Below, one piece after another: positions 41,419 to 52,588 of a DNA stretch of 64,000 nucleotides. Made by a program: the position numbers and the translations under genes. The notes below the pieces were generated by a model. It was given only the letters and a program-made list of their open reading frames with translations, made no database searches and had not been told where the DNA came from. Source of the DNA: Prochlorococcus sp. scB243_495K23. Lineage in GTDB: Bacteria > Cyanobacteriota > Cyanobacteriia > PCC-6307 > Cyanobiaceae. The first letter of the stretch is position 1. The number at the start of each line of letters is the position of its first letter. The DNA lies in assembly GCA_000635495.1 (NCBI GenBank), contig JFLW01000089.1, positions 75,614 through 139,613 of the forward strand, given 5' to 3'.

Positions 41419-43992
41419 ATGAAGAATTTGGAAACATTGCTAAAAGATTATGCGGATCACGTAGCTGAAAGAGCTACCAAAGGTATACCTCCTTTACCTT
41501 TAAATGCTGAGCAAACAAATTGTATTACACAATTATTGGAACAAGATAGTACTTACGATTCATCATATTTACTTGATTTACTAATAAATAGAGTCCCACC
41601 AGGAGTTGATGAGGCTGCTTATGTAAAAGCAAGCTGGCTTACAGCTATTGTTTATTCCGAAAAATATTGCAAATCAATTAATCCCGAAAAAGCAATTGAA
41701 ATACTAGGAACAATGATAGGCGGATACAATGTAAATTCTTTGGTTGAAATACTTAAAGGAAAAAATAGTTTACTTGCAAAAAAAGCAGCAGAAGTTTTAA
41801 AAAATATTATTCTTGTTTACGACTCAGCTAATGAAATTTTTGAATTATCTCAAAATAATATTTATGCCAAAGAGGTTGTAAATAGTTGGGCAAATGCAGA
41901 ATGGTTCACAAATAAAAAAGTTCTGGAGAAAGAGATTACTTGTTTAGTGTTTAAAGTTGACGGTGAGACAAATACAGACGACTTATCTCCAGCTGTGCAT
42001 GCAACAACACGCCCTGATATTCCGATGCATGCATTAGCTATGTTGGAATTTAAAAAACCTGATGGACTAAAGATTCTTGATAATTTAAAAAAACAAAATT
42101 TACCGATAGCTTATGTTGGAGATGTTGTTGGAACAGGGAGTTCTAGAAAATCTGCTATTAATTCACTTATTTGGCATATAGGAGAAGATATTGCTTTTGT
42201 TCCCAACAAAAAAACAGGTGGAATAATAATTGGTAGCAAAATAGCCCCAATCTTCTTTAATACTGCACAAGATTCAGGAGCTTTACCTATAGAAGCTGAC
42301 GTGTCCCATATGAAAACAGGAGATGTTATTAAAATATATCCATATAAAGGCATTATTAAAAAAATTGAAAAAGACTCAAATTCTGAAAAAATAATAAGCA
42401 AATTCGATTTATATCCATCAACTCTTACTGATGAGATTCAAGCTGGCGGAAGAATTAATCTTATGATTGGAAGATCTCTTACGGACAAAATTAGAAACAA
42501 ATTAGATTATCAATCAAGTGAAATATTTACCAGACCACAAAATCCAACCGAAAGTAGTGCCGGCTTTACTCAAGCTCAAAAAATAGTAGGAAAAGCTTGC
42601 GGTCTAGATGGAGTTAGGCCAGGAATGACCTGTGAACCAATTATGACCACAGTTGGTAGTCAAGATACTACAGGGCCAATGACTAGAGATGAACTAAAAG
42701 AACTAGCTTGTTTAGGATTTACTGCAGATTTAGTGATGCAAAGTTTTTGTCATACAGCTGCATATCCTAAACCAGTAGATTTAGTTACCCATAAAGAATT
42801 ACCTGATTTTATATCTCAAAGAGGTGGAGTAGCTCTTAAGCCTGGAGACGGCATAATTCATAGCTGGCTAAACAGAATGCTTCTCCCTGATACTGTTGGC
42901 ACAGGTGGAGATAGTCATACAAGATTTCCTCTTGGCATTTCATTTCCTGGAGGCTCGGGCATTGTTGCCTTTGCCGCTGCAATAGGATCAATGCCATTAA
43001 ATATGCCGGAATCTGTGCTGGTTAAATTTAAGGGAGAATTATTACCAGGAATTACTCTTAGAGATTTAGTAAATGCAATCCCACTCTTCGCAATTAAAAA
43101 AGGACTCTTAACTGTTGAGAAAGAAAATAAAAAAAATATATTCAACGGGAAAATTATGGAGATTGAGGGATTACCAAACCTAAAACTTGAACAAGCTTTT
43201 GAACTTACTGATGCTACTGCAGAACGCTCATGCGCTGGTAGCACAATACTTTTATCTCAAGAAACTGTTCAAGAATACTTAAGAAGCAATATTTGCTTGC
43301 TAGAAAAAATGATCGAGAGCAATTATGAAGATTCAAAATCGATTTCAAGAAGAATAAATGATATGAAAAATTGGTTAAAAAAACCATCATTAATTCAACC
43401 AGATTCAAACGCTGAGTATGAAGAAATCATTGAAATTGATTTAGCAAAAGTTACACAACCTATAGTTGCTTGCCCTAATGATCCAGATAATGTAAAAGAA
43501 ATCACTGAGGTTGCAAATACTAATATTGACGAGGTTTTTATAGGTTCTTGTATGACAAATATTGGTCATTACAGGGCAGCTGCAAAAGTTCTTGAAGGTG
43601 TACAAAATTTAAAAGCTAAATTATGGATTTGTCCACCCACAAAAATGGATGAAGAAACTCTAAAAGCTGAAGGCTACTATAAAATTTTCGAAGATTGTGG
43701 TGCAAGATTAGAGTTGCCAGGCTGTTCTTTATGTATGGGAAATCAAGCTAGAGTAGATGAAGGTTCTATAGTATTTTCTACTAGTACAAGAAATTTTGAT
43801 AATAGACTTGGCAAGAATGCGCAGGTATTTTTAGGGAGTGCAGAATTAGCAGCAGTTTGCGCACTGCTTGGAAAAATACCTGAAATAGAAGAATATCAGG
43901 ATATTACTAAAAATAAAATTAATCCATATTCAGAAGAACTTTATCGTTATCTTCAATTTGATGAAATAATTGATTTCAGCTTGTCAAAGTAA
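41419..43992 (+). CDS. acnB: Aconitate hydratase B / 2-methylisocitrate dehydratase
   Basis: 857 aa. The AcnB-type N-terminal HEAT-like domain is followed by swivel and catalytic domains. Fe-S ligand regions GSCMTN and CSLCMGN are present. Confidence 0.95.
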   Translation: MKNLETLLKDYADHVAERATKGIPPLPLNAEQTNCITQLLEQDSTYDSSYLLDLLINRVPPGVDEAAYVKASWLTAIVYSEKYCKSINPEKAIEILGTMIGGYNVNSLVEILKGKNSLLAKKAAEVLKNIILVYDSANEIFELSQNNIYAKEVVNSWANAEWFTNKKVLEKEITCLVFKVDGETNTDDLSPAVHATTRPDIPMHALAMLEFKKPDGLKILDNLKKQNLPIAYVGDVVGTGSSRKSAINSLIWHIGEDIAFVPNKKTGGIIIGSKIAPIFFNTAQDSGALPIEADVSHMKTGDVIKIYPYKGIIKKIEKDSNSEKIISKFDLYPSTLTDEIQAGGRINLMIGRSLTDKIRNKLDYQSSEIFTRPQNPTESSAGFTQAQKIVGKACGLDGVRPGMTCEPIMTTVGSQDTTGPMTRDELKELACLGFTADLVMQSFCHTAAYPKPVDLVTHKELPDFISQRGGVALKPGDGIIHSWLNRMLLPDTVGTGGDSHTRFPLGISFPGGSGIVAFAAAIGSMPLNMPESVLVKFKGELLPGITLRDLVNAIPLFAIKKGLLTVEKENKKNIFNGKIMEIEGLPNLKLEQAFELTDATAERSCAGSTILLSQETVQEYLRSNICLLEKMIESNYEDSKSISRRINDMKNWLKKPSLIQPDSNAEYEEIIEIDLAKVTQPIVACPNDPDNVKEITEVANTNIDEVFIGSCMTNIGHYRAAAKVLEGVQNLKAKLWICPPTKMDEETLKAEGYYKIFEDCGARLELPGCSLCMGNQARVDEGSIVFSTSTRNFDNRLGKNAQVFLGSAELAAVCALLGKIPEIEEYQDITKNKINPYSEELYRYLQFDEIIDFSLSK

Positions 43993-44001
43993 TCATGGAC
44001 T

Positions 44002-45360
44002 ATGCCAAACCTCATAAAAGATAATATTCAAAAAACAGGTAATAATTCTTCTCGCACCATCAAAAAATTATTAAAACAAAGATCTCTAGTCGTTGTATTT
44101 TCGCTCTTATTAACAGGTTTAGGAGCCTCAATTACAAGCATATTTTTTAAAACTGGAATTTACTTTATTAATAATTGGAGATTAGCATTATTAGACCAAT
44201 TCCCATCTATTGCGGTCTTACCAATTTTTGGAGCTCTTGGAGGAGCAATTGCAGGATATTTGATCAAAAATATAGCACCTGCTGCAAAAGGTTCAGGCGT
44301 GAGTCAAATCATGGGGTTCTTAAGGCATAAAAAAGTTCCAATGAATATAAGAGTAGGATTAGTAAAGCTCATATCAGGAATTATTGCTATTGGTAGTGGA
44401 TTTCCGTTGGGACCGGAAGGTCCATCGGTTCAAATGGGAGGATCAGTAGCTTGGCAAATGGCCAAATGGCTCAAAGCTCCTACAGCTTTCAGAAGAGTAA
44501 TAGTAGCAGCAGGTGGTGGTGCTGGAATAGCAGCAGTATTTAGCGCCCCATTAGGAGGATTTGTCTATGCAATAGAAGAGTTATTAAACTCTGCAAGACC
44601 AGTAATTTTGCTACTAGTAATAATCACAACTTTTATTGCAGATTCATCTGCTGATATTATTCAAGCCTTGGGTTTAGATCCTAAAGCAGGAGGCTTTGAT
44701 TTTAACCTAGGATTTTTAATCCAAAAAGAATATGACCCATCAGTTTTTTTCCTACCTATAGATTTTATTTACCTAGTTTTATTAGGAATAATTATTGGAA
44801 TTTTTGCAGAATTATACAGCAGATTCGTTTTGTTAATGCAAAATCTTGGAAAAAAGTGGTATAAAAATAAATTTGTTCTAAAAATGAGTATCTGTGGACT
44901 TATTTTAGGTAGTATCTATGCTTTTTTACCAAATACATTTCATAATTTAGATGAATTACAGAAAATAATAGCTGAACAAAATACAAGTATTGGAATTGCT
45001 TTATTAGCAGTTTTAGTATTGTTTATCACGACAGGTTTAGCTGCAGCTTCTGGAGCTCCTGGAGGATTGTTCTATCCAATGCTTACTTTAGGAGGATCAA
45101 TCGGACTAATAATGGGAAGCTGGGTGGAAATTGTGACAGGACATGCACCAAGTACATACATTTTTGCGGGAATGGGAGCTTTCGTAGCAGGATGTTCGCG
45201 AACGCCAATAACAGCAATGTTTTTAGCTTTTGCTTTAACAAAAAATTTATTAATAATGAAACCTGTGTTAATCAGCTGCATTGCCAGTTTCTTGATAGCA
45301 AGAGCTTTTAATGAAGAATCAATTTATGAAAGACAAATACAAATAGAATTAGAAGATTAA
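44002..45360 (+). CDS. ClC-family chloride channel/antiporter (no CBS domains)
   Basis: ClC selectivity motifs GSGFPLGPEGP and GGLFYP are present, with more than 10 hydrophobic helices. 452 aa. Confidence 0.85.
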   Translation: MPNLIKDNIQKTGNNSSRTIKKLLKQRSLVVVFSLLLTGLGASITSIFFKTGIYFINNWRLALLDQFPSIAVLPIFGALGGAIAGYLIKNIAPAAKGSGVSQIMGFLRHKKVPMNIRVGLVKLISGIIAIGSGFPLGPEGPSVQMGGSVAWQMAKWLKAPTAFRRVIVAAGGGAGIAAVFSAPLGGFVYAIEELLNSARPVILLLVIITTFIADSSADIIQALGLDPKAGGFDFNLGFLIQKEYDPSVFFLPIDFIYLVLLGIIIGIFAELYSRFVLLMQNLGKKWYKNKFVLKMSICGLILGSIYAFLPNTFHNLDELQKIIAEQNTSIGIALLAVLVLFITTGLAAASGAPGGLFYPMLTLGGSIGLIMGSWVEIVTGHAPSTYIFAGMGAFVAGCSRTPITAMFLAFALTKNLLIMKPVLISCIASFLIARAFNEESIYERQIQIELED

Positions 45361-45370
45361 TAAACTATCT

Positions 45371-46225
45371 TTAATCAAAAACAGCAGTCTTCTTATTATA
45401 AACAAACACTTGATGATTCAGATGTAATCTAACTGCTCTTGCTAAAGCTATTCTTTCAATATCTCTTCCTTTTCTAATCAAATCATCAATTTCATCCCTA
45501 TGACTTACATTAACTGTGCATTGCTCTATTATGGGGCCTTCATCAAGATCTTCAGTAACATAATGAGCAGTAGCGCCGATTAATTTAACACCTCTCTTCC
45601 ATGCTCGATGATATGGTTGCCCTCCCTTAAATGCAGGTAAGAAAGAATGGTGAATATTTATTATTGAAGAAAACTTTTTTAAAAAAGAATCACTCAAAAT
45701 TTGCATATATTTAGCTAATACAACAAGATCAATTTCATATTTTTTTAGTAAATATAAAAATTGATCTTCAACAATAGATTTATCAGTTTTAAAAGTATCA
45801 ATATGTACAAATTTTGCATTAAAATCATTTGCAATATTTTCAAGATCAGAATGATTTGAAATAATTAACGGGACTTTCATTTTGAGTTCTCCATTTCTTA
45901 CTCGCCAAAGTAAATCAATCAAACAATGATTTTGTTTACTCACGAAAATAGCAACATTTGGAATTTCATCAGAATAATTTACGTTAAATATTCCATTTAC
46001 TGCATCTGCAATTTTTTCAAATTCTTTATAAATTTCATCTCTATTAAAAGATTCATTGTTACTATTCCATTCAATTCGACTAAGAAACAAACCCGCATCT
46101 TGATCTGTATGATGATCGGAATGTTTTATGTTGCCACCGTAATTTGAAATCCAACTTGTAAGTAAACTTACAAGGCCAGGACGATCGGGACAAACAATTT
46201 TGAATATAATTGAAGGATGTTCCAA
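45371..46225 (-). CDS. purU: Formyltetrahydrofolate deformylase
   Basis: An N-terminal ACT-like domain (IVCPDRPGLVS) is present, with formyltransferase motifs IINIHHSFLPAFKGG and ATAHYVTEDLDEGPII. The start codon at 46225 is TTG. Confidence 0.9.
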   Translation of the reverse strand: MEHPSIIFKIVCPDRPGLVSLLTSWISNYGGNIKHSDHHTDQDAGLFLSRIEWNSNNESFNRDEIYKEFEKIADAVNGIFNVNYSDEIPNVAIFVSKQNHCLIDLLWRVRNGELKMKVPLIISNHSDLENIANDFNAKFVHIDTFKTDKSIVEDQFLYLLKKYEIDLVVLAKYMQILSDSFLKKFSSIINIHHSFLPAFKGGQPYHRAWKRGVKLIGATAHYVTEDLDEGPIIEQCTVNVSHRDEIDDLIRKGRDIERIALARAVRLHLNHQVFVYNKKTAVFD

Positions 46226-46273
46226 AAAATCTTTAACTATTAAGTCAAATAAGCAAGTATATCTAATATATCA

Positions 46274-47356
46274 ATGAAAAGCTTAAAAGAAAATTTTCAA
46301 AAAGCACACATAGTTATTGTTGGATCAGGGATTATTGGAAAATTTAACGCCTTAGAATTATCTGAATTAGGTTTCCAGGTAACGATAATAGATCCAGCTC
46401 AACACCAAAATAGTAGCAATGCATCTTTAGGCTTACTAATGGGTAATATGTATCAAAAAAGGAGAGGTAGAAGCTGGGATCTCAGAAAACAAAGCATTGA
46501 ATTATGGCCACAATGGATTACATTCCTACAAAAATTTAATTATGAATTAAATATCGAAAAACCATTAATTCAACTAACTACTGATGAAGAAAAGTTTAAA
46601 AAATTAGAGAAATTTGTTTATGAAAATAATGATCAAAACTTGCAGATTTTAGAAAGAGACTCAATAATTATCAAGAATATAAATAAAGCCTTCCAAGCAA
46701 ATAATATAAAAGGAATGATCTCGTTCAAAGACGGAAGAATAAATCCTTTTTCTTTACTTCAAACATTAGATAAATATCTAGAACATAATAAAGTAAATTA
46801 TTTGCAAGAAAAAATAATAAAAATAAGAAAATCAAACAATCAATGGATTTCCATAACAAGGAATAATAAAAACATCAAATCTGACATGGTTATTTTGTGT
46901 AATTCACTAAAAGCGATTGATTTAATAGATAACCTATCTCACAACATCAAATTAAAACCTGTTTTAGGTCAAGCCATAGAAATTGAGATAAATGATGCAG
47001 AAGTTGATTTATTATCTCTGCCAAAACAATTCAATATAAATGGTAAAAATATAATTCCAAAATCAAACAATAGGCTAATTATTGGATCAACTGACGAATA
47101 TAGTACTAAGCCAGAAGAAAATACACACGAAAAACTTACAAATTTTCTCGATAAAAGACCAAATTGGCTGATGAGAGGAAAAATTTCTAAAAAATGGTAT
47201 GGAATAAGATCAAGACCTGATGGTGAGCCTTCACCAATAATGAAAAATCTTGAAGATGGAGTAATTATATGTACAGGTTTTTATAAAAATGGAATTTTAC
47301 TGGCTCCAGCTTGTTCTAAATGGGTTGCTAATGAAATTAAAAATTACCTTTACTAA
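46274..47356 (+). CDS. FAD-dependent oxidoreductase, DAO family (possible glycine oxidase ThiO-type)
   Basis: The N-terminal dinucleotide fold [10 protein letters not shown] is present. The size (360 aa) and the C-terminal [11 protein letters not shown] fit the DAO family. The substrate cannot be determined from sequence. Confidence 0.65.
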   Translation: MKSLKENFQKAHIVIVGSGIIGKFNALELSELGFQVTIIDPAQHQNSSNASLGLLMGNMYQKRRGRSWDLRKQSIELWPQWITFLQKFNYELNIEKPLIQLTTDEEKFKKLEKFVYENNDQNLQILERDSIIIKNINKAFQANNIKGMISFKDGRINPFSLLQTLDKYLEHNKVNYLQEKIIKIRKSNNQWISITRNNKNIKSDMVILCNSLKAIDLIDNLSHNIKLKPVLGQAIEIEINDAEVDLLSLPKQFNINGKNIIPKSNNRLIIGSTDEYSTKPEENTHEKLTNFLDKRPNWLMRGKISKKWYGIRSRPDGEPSPIMKNLEDGVIICTGFYKNGILLAPACSKWVANEIKNYLY

Positions 47357-49260
47357 TCTTTTGTTTCAGTAAAGTCTGCATCAATTACATCATCTCCTCC
47401 CTTTTCGTTTGAATCGTTCTGACCAGAACCGCCGGCAGGACCAGGTGATGGTGGCTGGTTACCTGGTTGCTGATAAACAGATGAACCTACTGCATAAAGT
47501 TCTTGCTGAAGTTCTTCAAGAAGTTTTTTCATTGATTCATAATCTTCTTTTGAAGTTGCTTCTTTTAAAGCATTACTTTTTTCTTCAACTTTAGACTTTG
47601 CTGCAGCATCAATTTTGTCTCCTAACTCACCAAGTTGCTTTTCTGTCTGATAAACGAGTGTTTCAGCTTGATTTTTTAAATCGATTTTTTCTCTTTTTTC
47701 TTTATCTGCAGATGCATTTGATTCAGCATCCTTTACCATCTTTTCAACTTCATTATCAGATAAAGTTGAAGCACCAGTAATAGAAATACTTTGTTCTTTA
47801 CCGCTTCCTTTGTCTTTAGCAGTAACGCTAAGAATACCATTTGCATCGATATCAAATGTAACTTCAATTTGCGGTACGCCTCTTGGTGCTGAAGGAATAC
47901 CATCCAATCTAAAAGTTCCTAAGCTTTTATTATCAGAAGCCATTTCTCTTTCACCCTGTAAAACGTGTATTTCAACATTTGTTTGACCATCAACAGCCGT
48001 TGAATATGTTTCAGATTTCTTCGTGGGTACTGTAGTATTTCGATTTATCATTTTTGTCATTACTCCTCCTAAGGTTTCTACACCTAAAGAGAGTGGAGTA
48101 ACGTCGAGCAACAATATATCTTTAACTTCTCCTGCTAAAACTCCTCCCTGAATTGCAGCTCCAACAGCTACTACTTCATCAGGATTAACTGTTTGATTTG
48201 GTTCTTTACCAATTATTTTTTTAACTAAATCTAAAACAGCAGGTATTCTAGATGAGCCTCCAACCATAACAACTTCATCAATTTCACTAGTAGAAATTTT
48301 TGCATCACTTATAGCTCTTTCAACTGGGGTCTTACACCTATCAATTAAAGAAGCTGCTAATTCCTCGAACTTTGCTCTAGTAAGATTCAAATCCAAATGT
48401 TTTGGTCCTTCAGGCGTGGCTGTAATAAAAGGTAAATTTATTTCACTTTGCGTAGCATTTGAGAGCTCTATTTTTGCTTTTTCTGCAGCTTCAGTCAATC
48501 TTTGCAAAGCTTGCTTATCTTGTCTCAGATCAATTCCCTCATTAGATTTAAAAGTATTGGCTAAGTGATCTACGATGCATCTATCAAAATCATCGCCACC
48601 TAAATGTGTATCTCCAGATGTAGATAGAACTTCAGTTACTCCATCACCAGCTTCAATAACTGAAACGTCAAATGTACCTCCACCTAAATCAAAAACAAGA
48701 ATTTTTTCATTTTCTTTATCCAAACCATATGCTAAAGCCGCAGCAGTTGGCTCATTAACAATTCTGAGAACTTCTAAACCTGCAATCTTTCCTGCATCTT
48801 TCGTAGCCTGTCTTTGGGAATCATTAAAATAAGCTGGAACTGTAATTACAGCCTGTGTAACTTTGTCACCTAGATATTTACCTGCATCATCTGCTAGCTT
48901 TCTCAAAACTTGAGAACTCACCTCTTCAGGAGAAAACTGTTTATCCAATATAGGACATTTTAATTTGACGCTAGAACCAGATTTTTCAACAGAATAACTA
49001 ACTTCTTTAGATTCTTCATTAACTTCGTCAACTCTTCTACCTACAAAACGTTTTGCAGAATAAAAAGTATTTTCAGGGTTCATTACAGCTTGTCTTTTTG
49101 CTATTTGTCCAACAAGCTGATCTTGATTTTTTGTATATGCAACAACTGATGGAGTAGTTCTGAAACCCTCAGCATTTGCTATTACAGTAGGCTTACCACC
49201 TTCCATTACAGCGACACAACTATTAGTTGTTCCTAAATCAATTCCTACGACCTTACCCAT
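47353..49260 (-). CDS. dnaK: Molecular chaperone DnaK (Hsp70)
   Basis: The motifs [24 protein letters not shown] and [10 protein letters not shown] are present. I chose the start at 49260, because the ORF-track version adds 21 non-conserved residues from a TTG. Confidence 0.96.
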   Translation of the reverse strand: MGKVVGIDLGTTNSCVAVMEGGKPTVIANAEGFRTTPSVVAYTKNQDQLVGQIAKRQAVMNPENTFYSAKRFVGRRVDEVNEESKEVSYSVEKSGSSVKLKCPILDKQFSPEEVSSQVLRKLADDAGKYLGDKVTQAVITVPAYFNDSQRQATKDAGKIAGLEVLRIVNEPTAAALAYGLDKENEKILVFDLGGGTFDVSVIEAGDGVTEVLSTSGDTHLGGDDFDRCIVDHLANTFKSNEGIDLRQDKQALQRLTEAAEKAKIELSNATQSEINLPFITATPEGPKHLDLNLTRAKFEELAASLIDRCKTPVERAISDAKISTSEIDEVVMVGGSSRIPAVLDLVKKIIGKEPNQTVNPDEVVAVGAAIQGGVLAGEVKDILLLDVTPLSLGVETLGGVMTKMINRNTTVPTKKSETYSTAVDGQTNVEIHVLQGEREMASDNKSLGTFRLDGIPSAPRGVPQIEVTFDIDANGILSVTAKDKGSGKEQSISITGASTLSDNEVEKMVKDAESNASADKEKREKIDLKNQAETLVYQTEKQLGELGDKIDAAAKSKVEEKSNALKEATSKEDYESMKKLLEELQQELYAVGSSVYQQPGNQPPSPGPAGGSGQNDSNEKGGDDVIDADFTETKD

Positions 49261-49377
49261 GGGTAAATACTTTATATCTGTTATTCTCCATAATCGGTCA
49301 TTAACGTAATTATTGTTACTCAAAGACGGGGTGTGGTTCCCGAACAGATCATTACTTTTAGGGTTAAAATTCTAAAT

Positions 49378-50238
49378 ATGATTTCAAGCAAGACATCTTT
49401 CATCGCATTAATTGGCAATCCAGTAAGCCATTCTTTGTCTCCAATTATGCAAAATGCTGCCCTTCAACATTTAGGCTTAGATTTAATTTATATTGCTGTA
49501 CCCTGTAAAGATGAAGATCTAGAATTAATTCTTAATTCTTTTAAAAAGATTAATTGCATAGGTTTAAACGTTACAATTCCACACAAAGAAAAAGTATTTA
49601 ATCTTTGTAGTGAAATCTCCCCTATAGCTAACAAACTTAAAGCAATTAATACCCTGAAATTAAATTCTGAAAAAGAATGGAGCGCAACTAATACCGATGT
49701 AGAGGGATTTATTTATCCATTAAAAAACTTAAACTTAGCAAAGAAAAAATCAATAGTTCTTGGCTCCGGGGGTGCAGCAAGATCTGTTATTCAAGGTTTA
49801 ATAAATTTAAATCTTTCAACAATTTCAGTAATATCACGTAACAAATCATCACTAGATGCATTAATAAAAAACTTTGATAATCAAATTCAACTACAGGGTT
49901 TATTGCATAGTGATGATCAAGCTCAAAATTTAATTGAGGAAGCAGATTTAGTTGTAAATACAACACCAGTAGGAATGAAAACAACCAAAAATAAAATGAA
50001 TTTATTGCCATATGGAGATTATTTTTGGAGATCTCTTAGCTCAAAAACAATTGTTTATGATTTAATTTATAATCCTGCCCCAACTCATCTATTGAAATTT
50101 AGCGCCAATAAAGGATGTATGACTATCGATGGCTTACAAATGCTTGTTGCTCAGGGATTGAAATCATTATCATTTTGGACAAATGGCTTAGAAGTGCCTT
50201 TTAATGTTATGAATGATGCACTCAAAAATCATCTTTAA
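49378..50238 (+). CDS. aroE: Shikimate 5-dehydrogenase
   Basis: The motifs IGNPVSHSLSP, NVTIPHKE and GSGGAARS are present. The ATG at 49378 is preferred over the upstream GTG at 49333. Confidence 0.88.
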   Translation: MISSKTSFIALIGNPVSHSLSPIMQNAALQHLGLDLIYIAVPCKDEDLELILNSFKKINCIGLNVTIPHKEKVFNLCSEISPIANKLKAINTLKLNSEKEWSATNTDVEGFIYPLKNLNLAKKKSIVLGSGGAARSVIQGLINLNLSTISVISRNKSSLDALIKNFDNQIQLQGLLHSDDQAQNLIEEADLVVNTTPVGMKTTKNKMNLLPYGDYFWRSLSSKTIVYDLIYNPAPTHLLKFSANKGCMTIDGLQMLVAQGLKSLSFWTNGLEVPFNVMNDALKNHL

Positions 50239-50296
50239 AATAATGCCAATTTTAAAGGAACTGCACATCATGATGTATCGTTAAAGATGAACAGAC

Positions 50297-50320
50297 GCTC
50301 ATAACATCAATTTTATGAGC
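50297..50320 (+). promoter_or_regulatory. 8-bp stem-loop (GCTCATAA-catcaatt-TTATGAGC) between aroE and rpsF; possible aroE terminator or rpsF leader element
   Basis: The perfect inverted repeat was read directly. It lies 59 nt after the aroE stop and 20 nt before the rpsF ATG. No T-run follows. Confidence 0.3.
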
Positions 50321-50340
50321 CAAAGACCTTGTCTGAAACT

Positions 50341-50802
50341 ATGAACAATCAACAATCTTATTACGAAACTATGTATATCCTCCGCCCAGATATTGCGGAA
50401 GATGAAGTAACTAACCACATTGATAAATACAATAAGCTTTTAGAAGAGTTTGGCGGTACCATTCTCGATAGTCAAATGAGGGGTAAAAGAAGATTAGCTT
50501 ATCAAATAGCAAAACATAGAGAAGGTATTTACGTCCAACTAAGTCATCAAGGGGATGGACAACATATTTTCAAAATCGAAAAAGCAATGAGACTAAGTGA
50601 AGATGTTATTAGATACATGACCGTTAAACAAGAAGGGCCTTTGCCAACTCCGAGACCTTCTACGAAGAGTTTAAATCAAACAAATGATAAAGAAAACCCA
50701 GAAACTAAAGTTGAATCTAAGGAAGAACAACCAGTAGCAAGCGCAGATACTTCAACTGCGGGAAAAAGTGATAATGAAACCAAAGATAATGCAGAATCTT
50801 AA
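50341..50802 (+). CDS. rpsF: 30S ribosomal protein S6 (with acidic/low-complexity C-terminal tail)
   Basis: [17 protein letters not shown] is a canonical S6 N-terminus. I chose the ATG at 50341 rather than the TTG at 50329. Confidence 0.9.
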   Translation: MNNQQSYYETMYILRPDIAEDEVTNHIDKYNKLLEEFGGTILDSQMRGKRRLAYQIAKHREGIYVQLSHQGDGQHIFKIEKAMRLSEDVIRYMTVKQEGPLPTPRPSTKSLNQTNDKENPETKVESKEEQPVASADTSTAGKSDNETKDNAES

Positions 50803-50805
50803 TTA

Positions 50806-52020
50806 TTAATCTTTTGTTTTTGAATTTAACTCAGCCCATATCTTATTAGACATACCCCACATGTAAATAAAACCCTCTGCTAAAGAATGATTAAAAACAT
50901 CGTCTTTGCTATAAGTTGCCAAATCTTCCCTATAAAGTGAATTATTTTCCGACATTCTCCCGATAACTATTGCGTTCCCCTTATGAAGTCTAATCTTTAC
51001 TCTTCCATTAACTGAAGTTTGAGTCGACGAAATAAATGAATCTAGACTATCTTTAAGAGGACCAAACCAGAAACCTTGATAGACAAGTTGACCCCATTTT
51101 TTTTCAACTATTCCTTTAAAATCGACAACATCTGGATTTAATGTAATGCTTTCTAATTCCTTGTGAGCTTTGATTAAAAGTAATAGGCCAGGTGTTTCAT
51201 AAATCTCTCTACTTTTAATTCCTACTACTCGATCTTCAATCATATCAATTCTTCCAAAACCATGCTCACCTGCGAGAACATTAGCTTTTTTAATAATCTC
51301 TACAGGGGTTAAAGATTCATCATTAATTCCAACAGGAAGCCCATTTTTAAAAATAATTTCTATTTCTTGAGGAGAATCTGGTGAATTATCAATAGATGAT
51401 GTCATTGCAAAAATATCTTCAGGTGCTTCTTTCATTGGGTCTTCTAATATGCCTGCTTCAATACTCCTACCAAGTAAATTAACGTCTATTGAATATGGTG
51501 ATTTTTTTGATACTGGTGCAGGAATACCAAATTTTTCTCCGTAAACTATTGCCTCTTCCCTACTCATATTCCATTCCCTTGCAGGAGTAATGATTTTTAA
51601 ATCAGGACCTAAAGCATTTATCGCCAAATCAAATCGGACTTGATCATTCCCTTTACCAGTGCATCCATGAGCTACTGCATCAGCACTAAACTCTCGAGCA
51701 ATATTTACAAGATTTTCTGCAATTAAAGGCCTAGCGAGAGCTGTAGATAAAGGATATTTATCTAAATATAGTGCGTTTGCTCTAATGGCTGGAAAAGCGT
51801 ATCTCTCAACAAAACTATTAACTAAATTACCAACAATTGATTGAGATGCACCAGAATTTAAAGCTTTTTGCCTAATAAGCTCTAAATCCTCGCCTTGGCC
51901 AAGATCTGCCACAAAAGTAACCACTTCTGAAATTCCATATTCATTCTTTAAATATGGAATACAAACGCTCGTATCAACGCCACCAGAATAAGCTAGTACA
52001 ACTTTTTTTACCTGCTGCAT
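50806..52020 (-). CDS. argG: Argininosuccinate synthase
   Basis: The ATP-binding site [12 protein letters not shown] and the motif [14 protein letters not shown] are present. 404 aa. Confidence 0.96.
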   Translation of the reverse strand: MQQVKKVVLAYSGGVDTSVCIPYLKNEYGISEVVTFVADLGQGEDLELIRQKALNSGASQSIVGNLVNSFVERYAFPAIRANALYLDKYPLSTALARPLIAENLVNIAREFSADAVAHGCTGKGNDQVRFDLAINALGPDLKIITPAREWNMSREEAIVYGEKFGIPAPVSKKSPYSIDVNLLGRSIEAGILEDPMKEAPEDIFAMTSSIDNSPDSPQEIEIIFKNGLPVGINDESLTPVEIIKKANVLAGEHGFGRIDMIEDRVVGIKSREIYETPGLLLLIKAHKELESITLNPDVVDFKGIVEKKWGQLVYQGFWFGPLKDSLDSFISSTQTSVNGRVKIRLHKGNAIVIGRMSENNSLYREDLATYSKDDVFNHSLAEGFIYMWGMSNKIWAELNSKTKD

Positions 52021-52057
52021 CTAAATTTGCTCCATAAATTTAAATTTTTTGACGTAA

Positions 52058-52252
52058 TTAAGAATTTGAAGACTTATTCAAGACTAATACTATTGTAACT
52101 AAGAGAGCTGGACCAAAAACTAGTAATAAGAGAAGAAAGTTATTAATTATTAAAAGATTGGGATTCAAATACCCAATAATTTTTAATAATCCAGACAGCA
52201 GCAATGAAATTAACCAAATAAAAAGGTATTTTAAATTTCCTTTATCAAACAA
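52058..52252 (-). CDS. Possible small two-helix membrane protein (64 aa)
   Basis: The ORF has two hydrophobic stretches and lies upstream of and co-oriented with argG. Only a TTG start is available. There is no motif support. Confidence 0.25.
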   Translation of the reverse strand: MFDKGNLKYLFIWLISLLLSGLLKIIGYLNPNLLIINNFLLLLLVFGPALLVTIVLVLNKSSNS

Positions 52253-52306
52253 AGTTTTTAAGTGTGCATCATTATGTATTATCTTATATATAGAACAAAA
52301 CCTTTA

Positions 52307-52588
52307 ATGGATTCAAATAAATTAAAACTTAGATTGGATGATATCTCAGAAGTCAATCCTGCTTTAACTTGCTACCACAGAGATGATCCAGCTCCTGTGT
52401 TGCCATTAAGAGAGGAACCTGATCTACTATCTTGGCTCGAAAATACAGGTAGACTCGTTTCAGAAAAAGATGGAGATTCACAAGAGATTAGTACAATAGA
52501 AGAAGAAGAACTTTCAGCACTTATGGGAGAAAAGGAAGATTATAAAACTGAAGAAGATCCTTCATTAGAAGATGATTGGGAAGATTAA
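52307..52588 (+). CDS. Small acidic hypothetical protein conserved-looking in cyanobacteria (DUF3134-like, tentative)
   Basis: The sequence is MDSNKLKLRLDDISEVNPALTCYHRDDPAPVLPLREEPDLLSWLENTGRL..., followed by a very acidic tail. I chose the ATG at 52307 over the GTG at 52262. The 3' end overlaps mraY by 17 nt. Confidence 0.5.
   Translation: MDSNKLKLRLDDISEVNPALTCYHRDDPAPVLPLREEPDLLSWLENTGRLVSEKDGDSQEISTIEEEELSALMGEKEDYKTEEDPSLEDDWED

Noticed and set aside
49261-49323. 21-codon upstream extension of dnaK from a TTG, and the GTG-initiated extension of aroE (49333-49377)
   Set aside because: The conserved Hsp70 and AroE N-termini begin at the internal ATGs. The extensions would also leave almost no divergent promoter region.
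49261-49377. Search for a CIRCE element (TTAGCACTC-N9-GAGTGCTAA) upstream of dnaK
   Set aside because: No match or near-match was seen in the dnaK-aroE divergent spacer.
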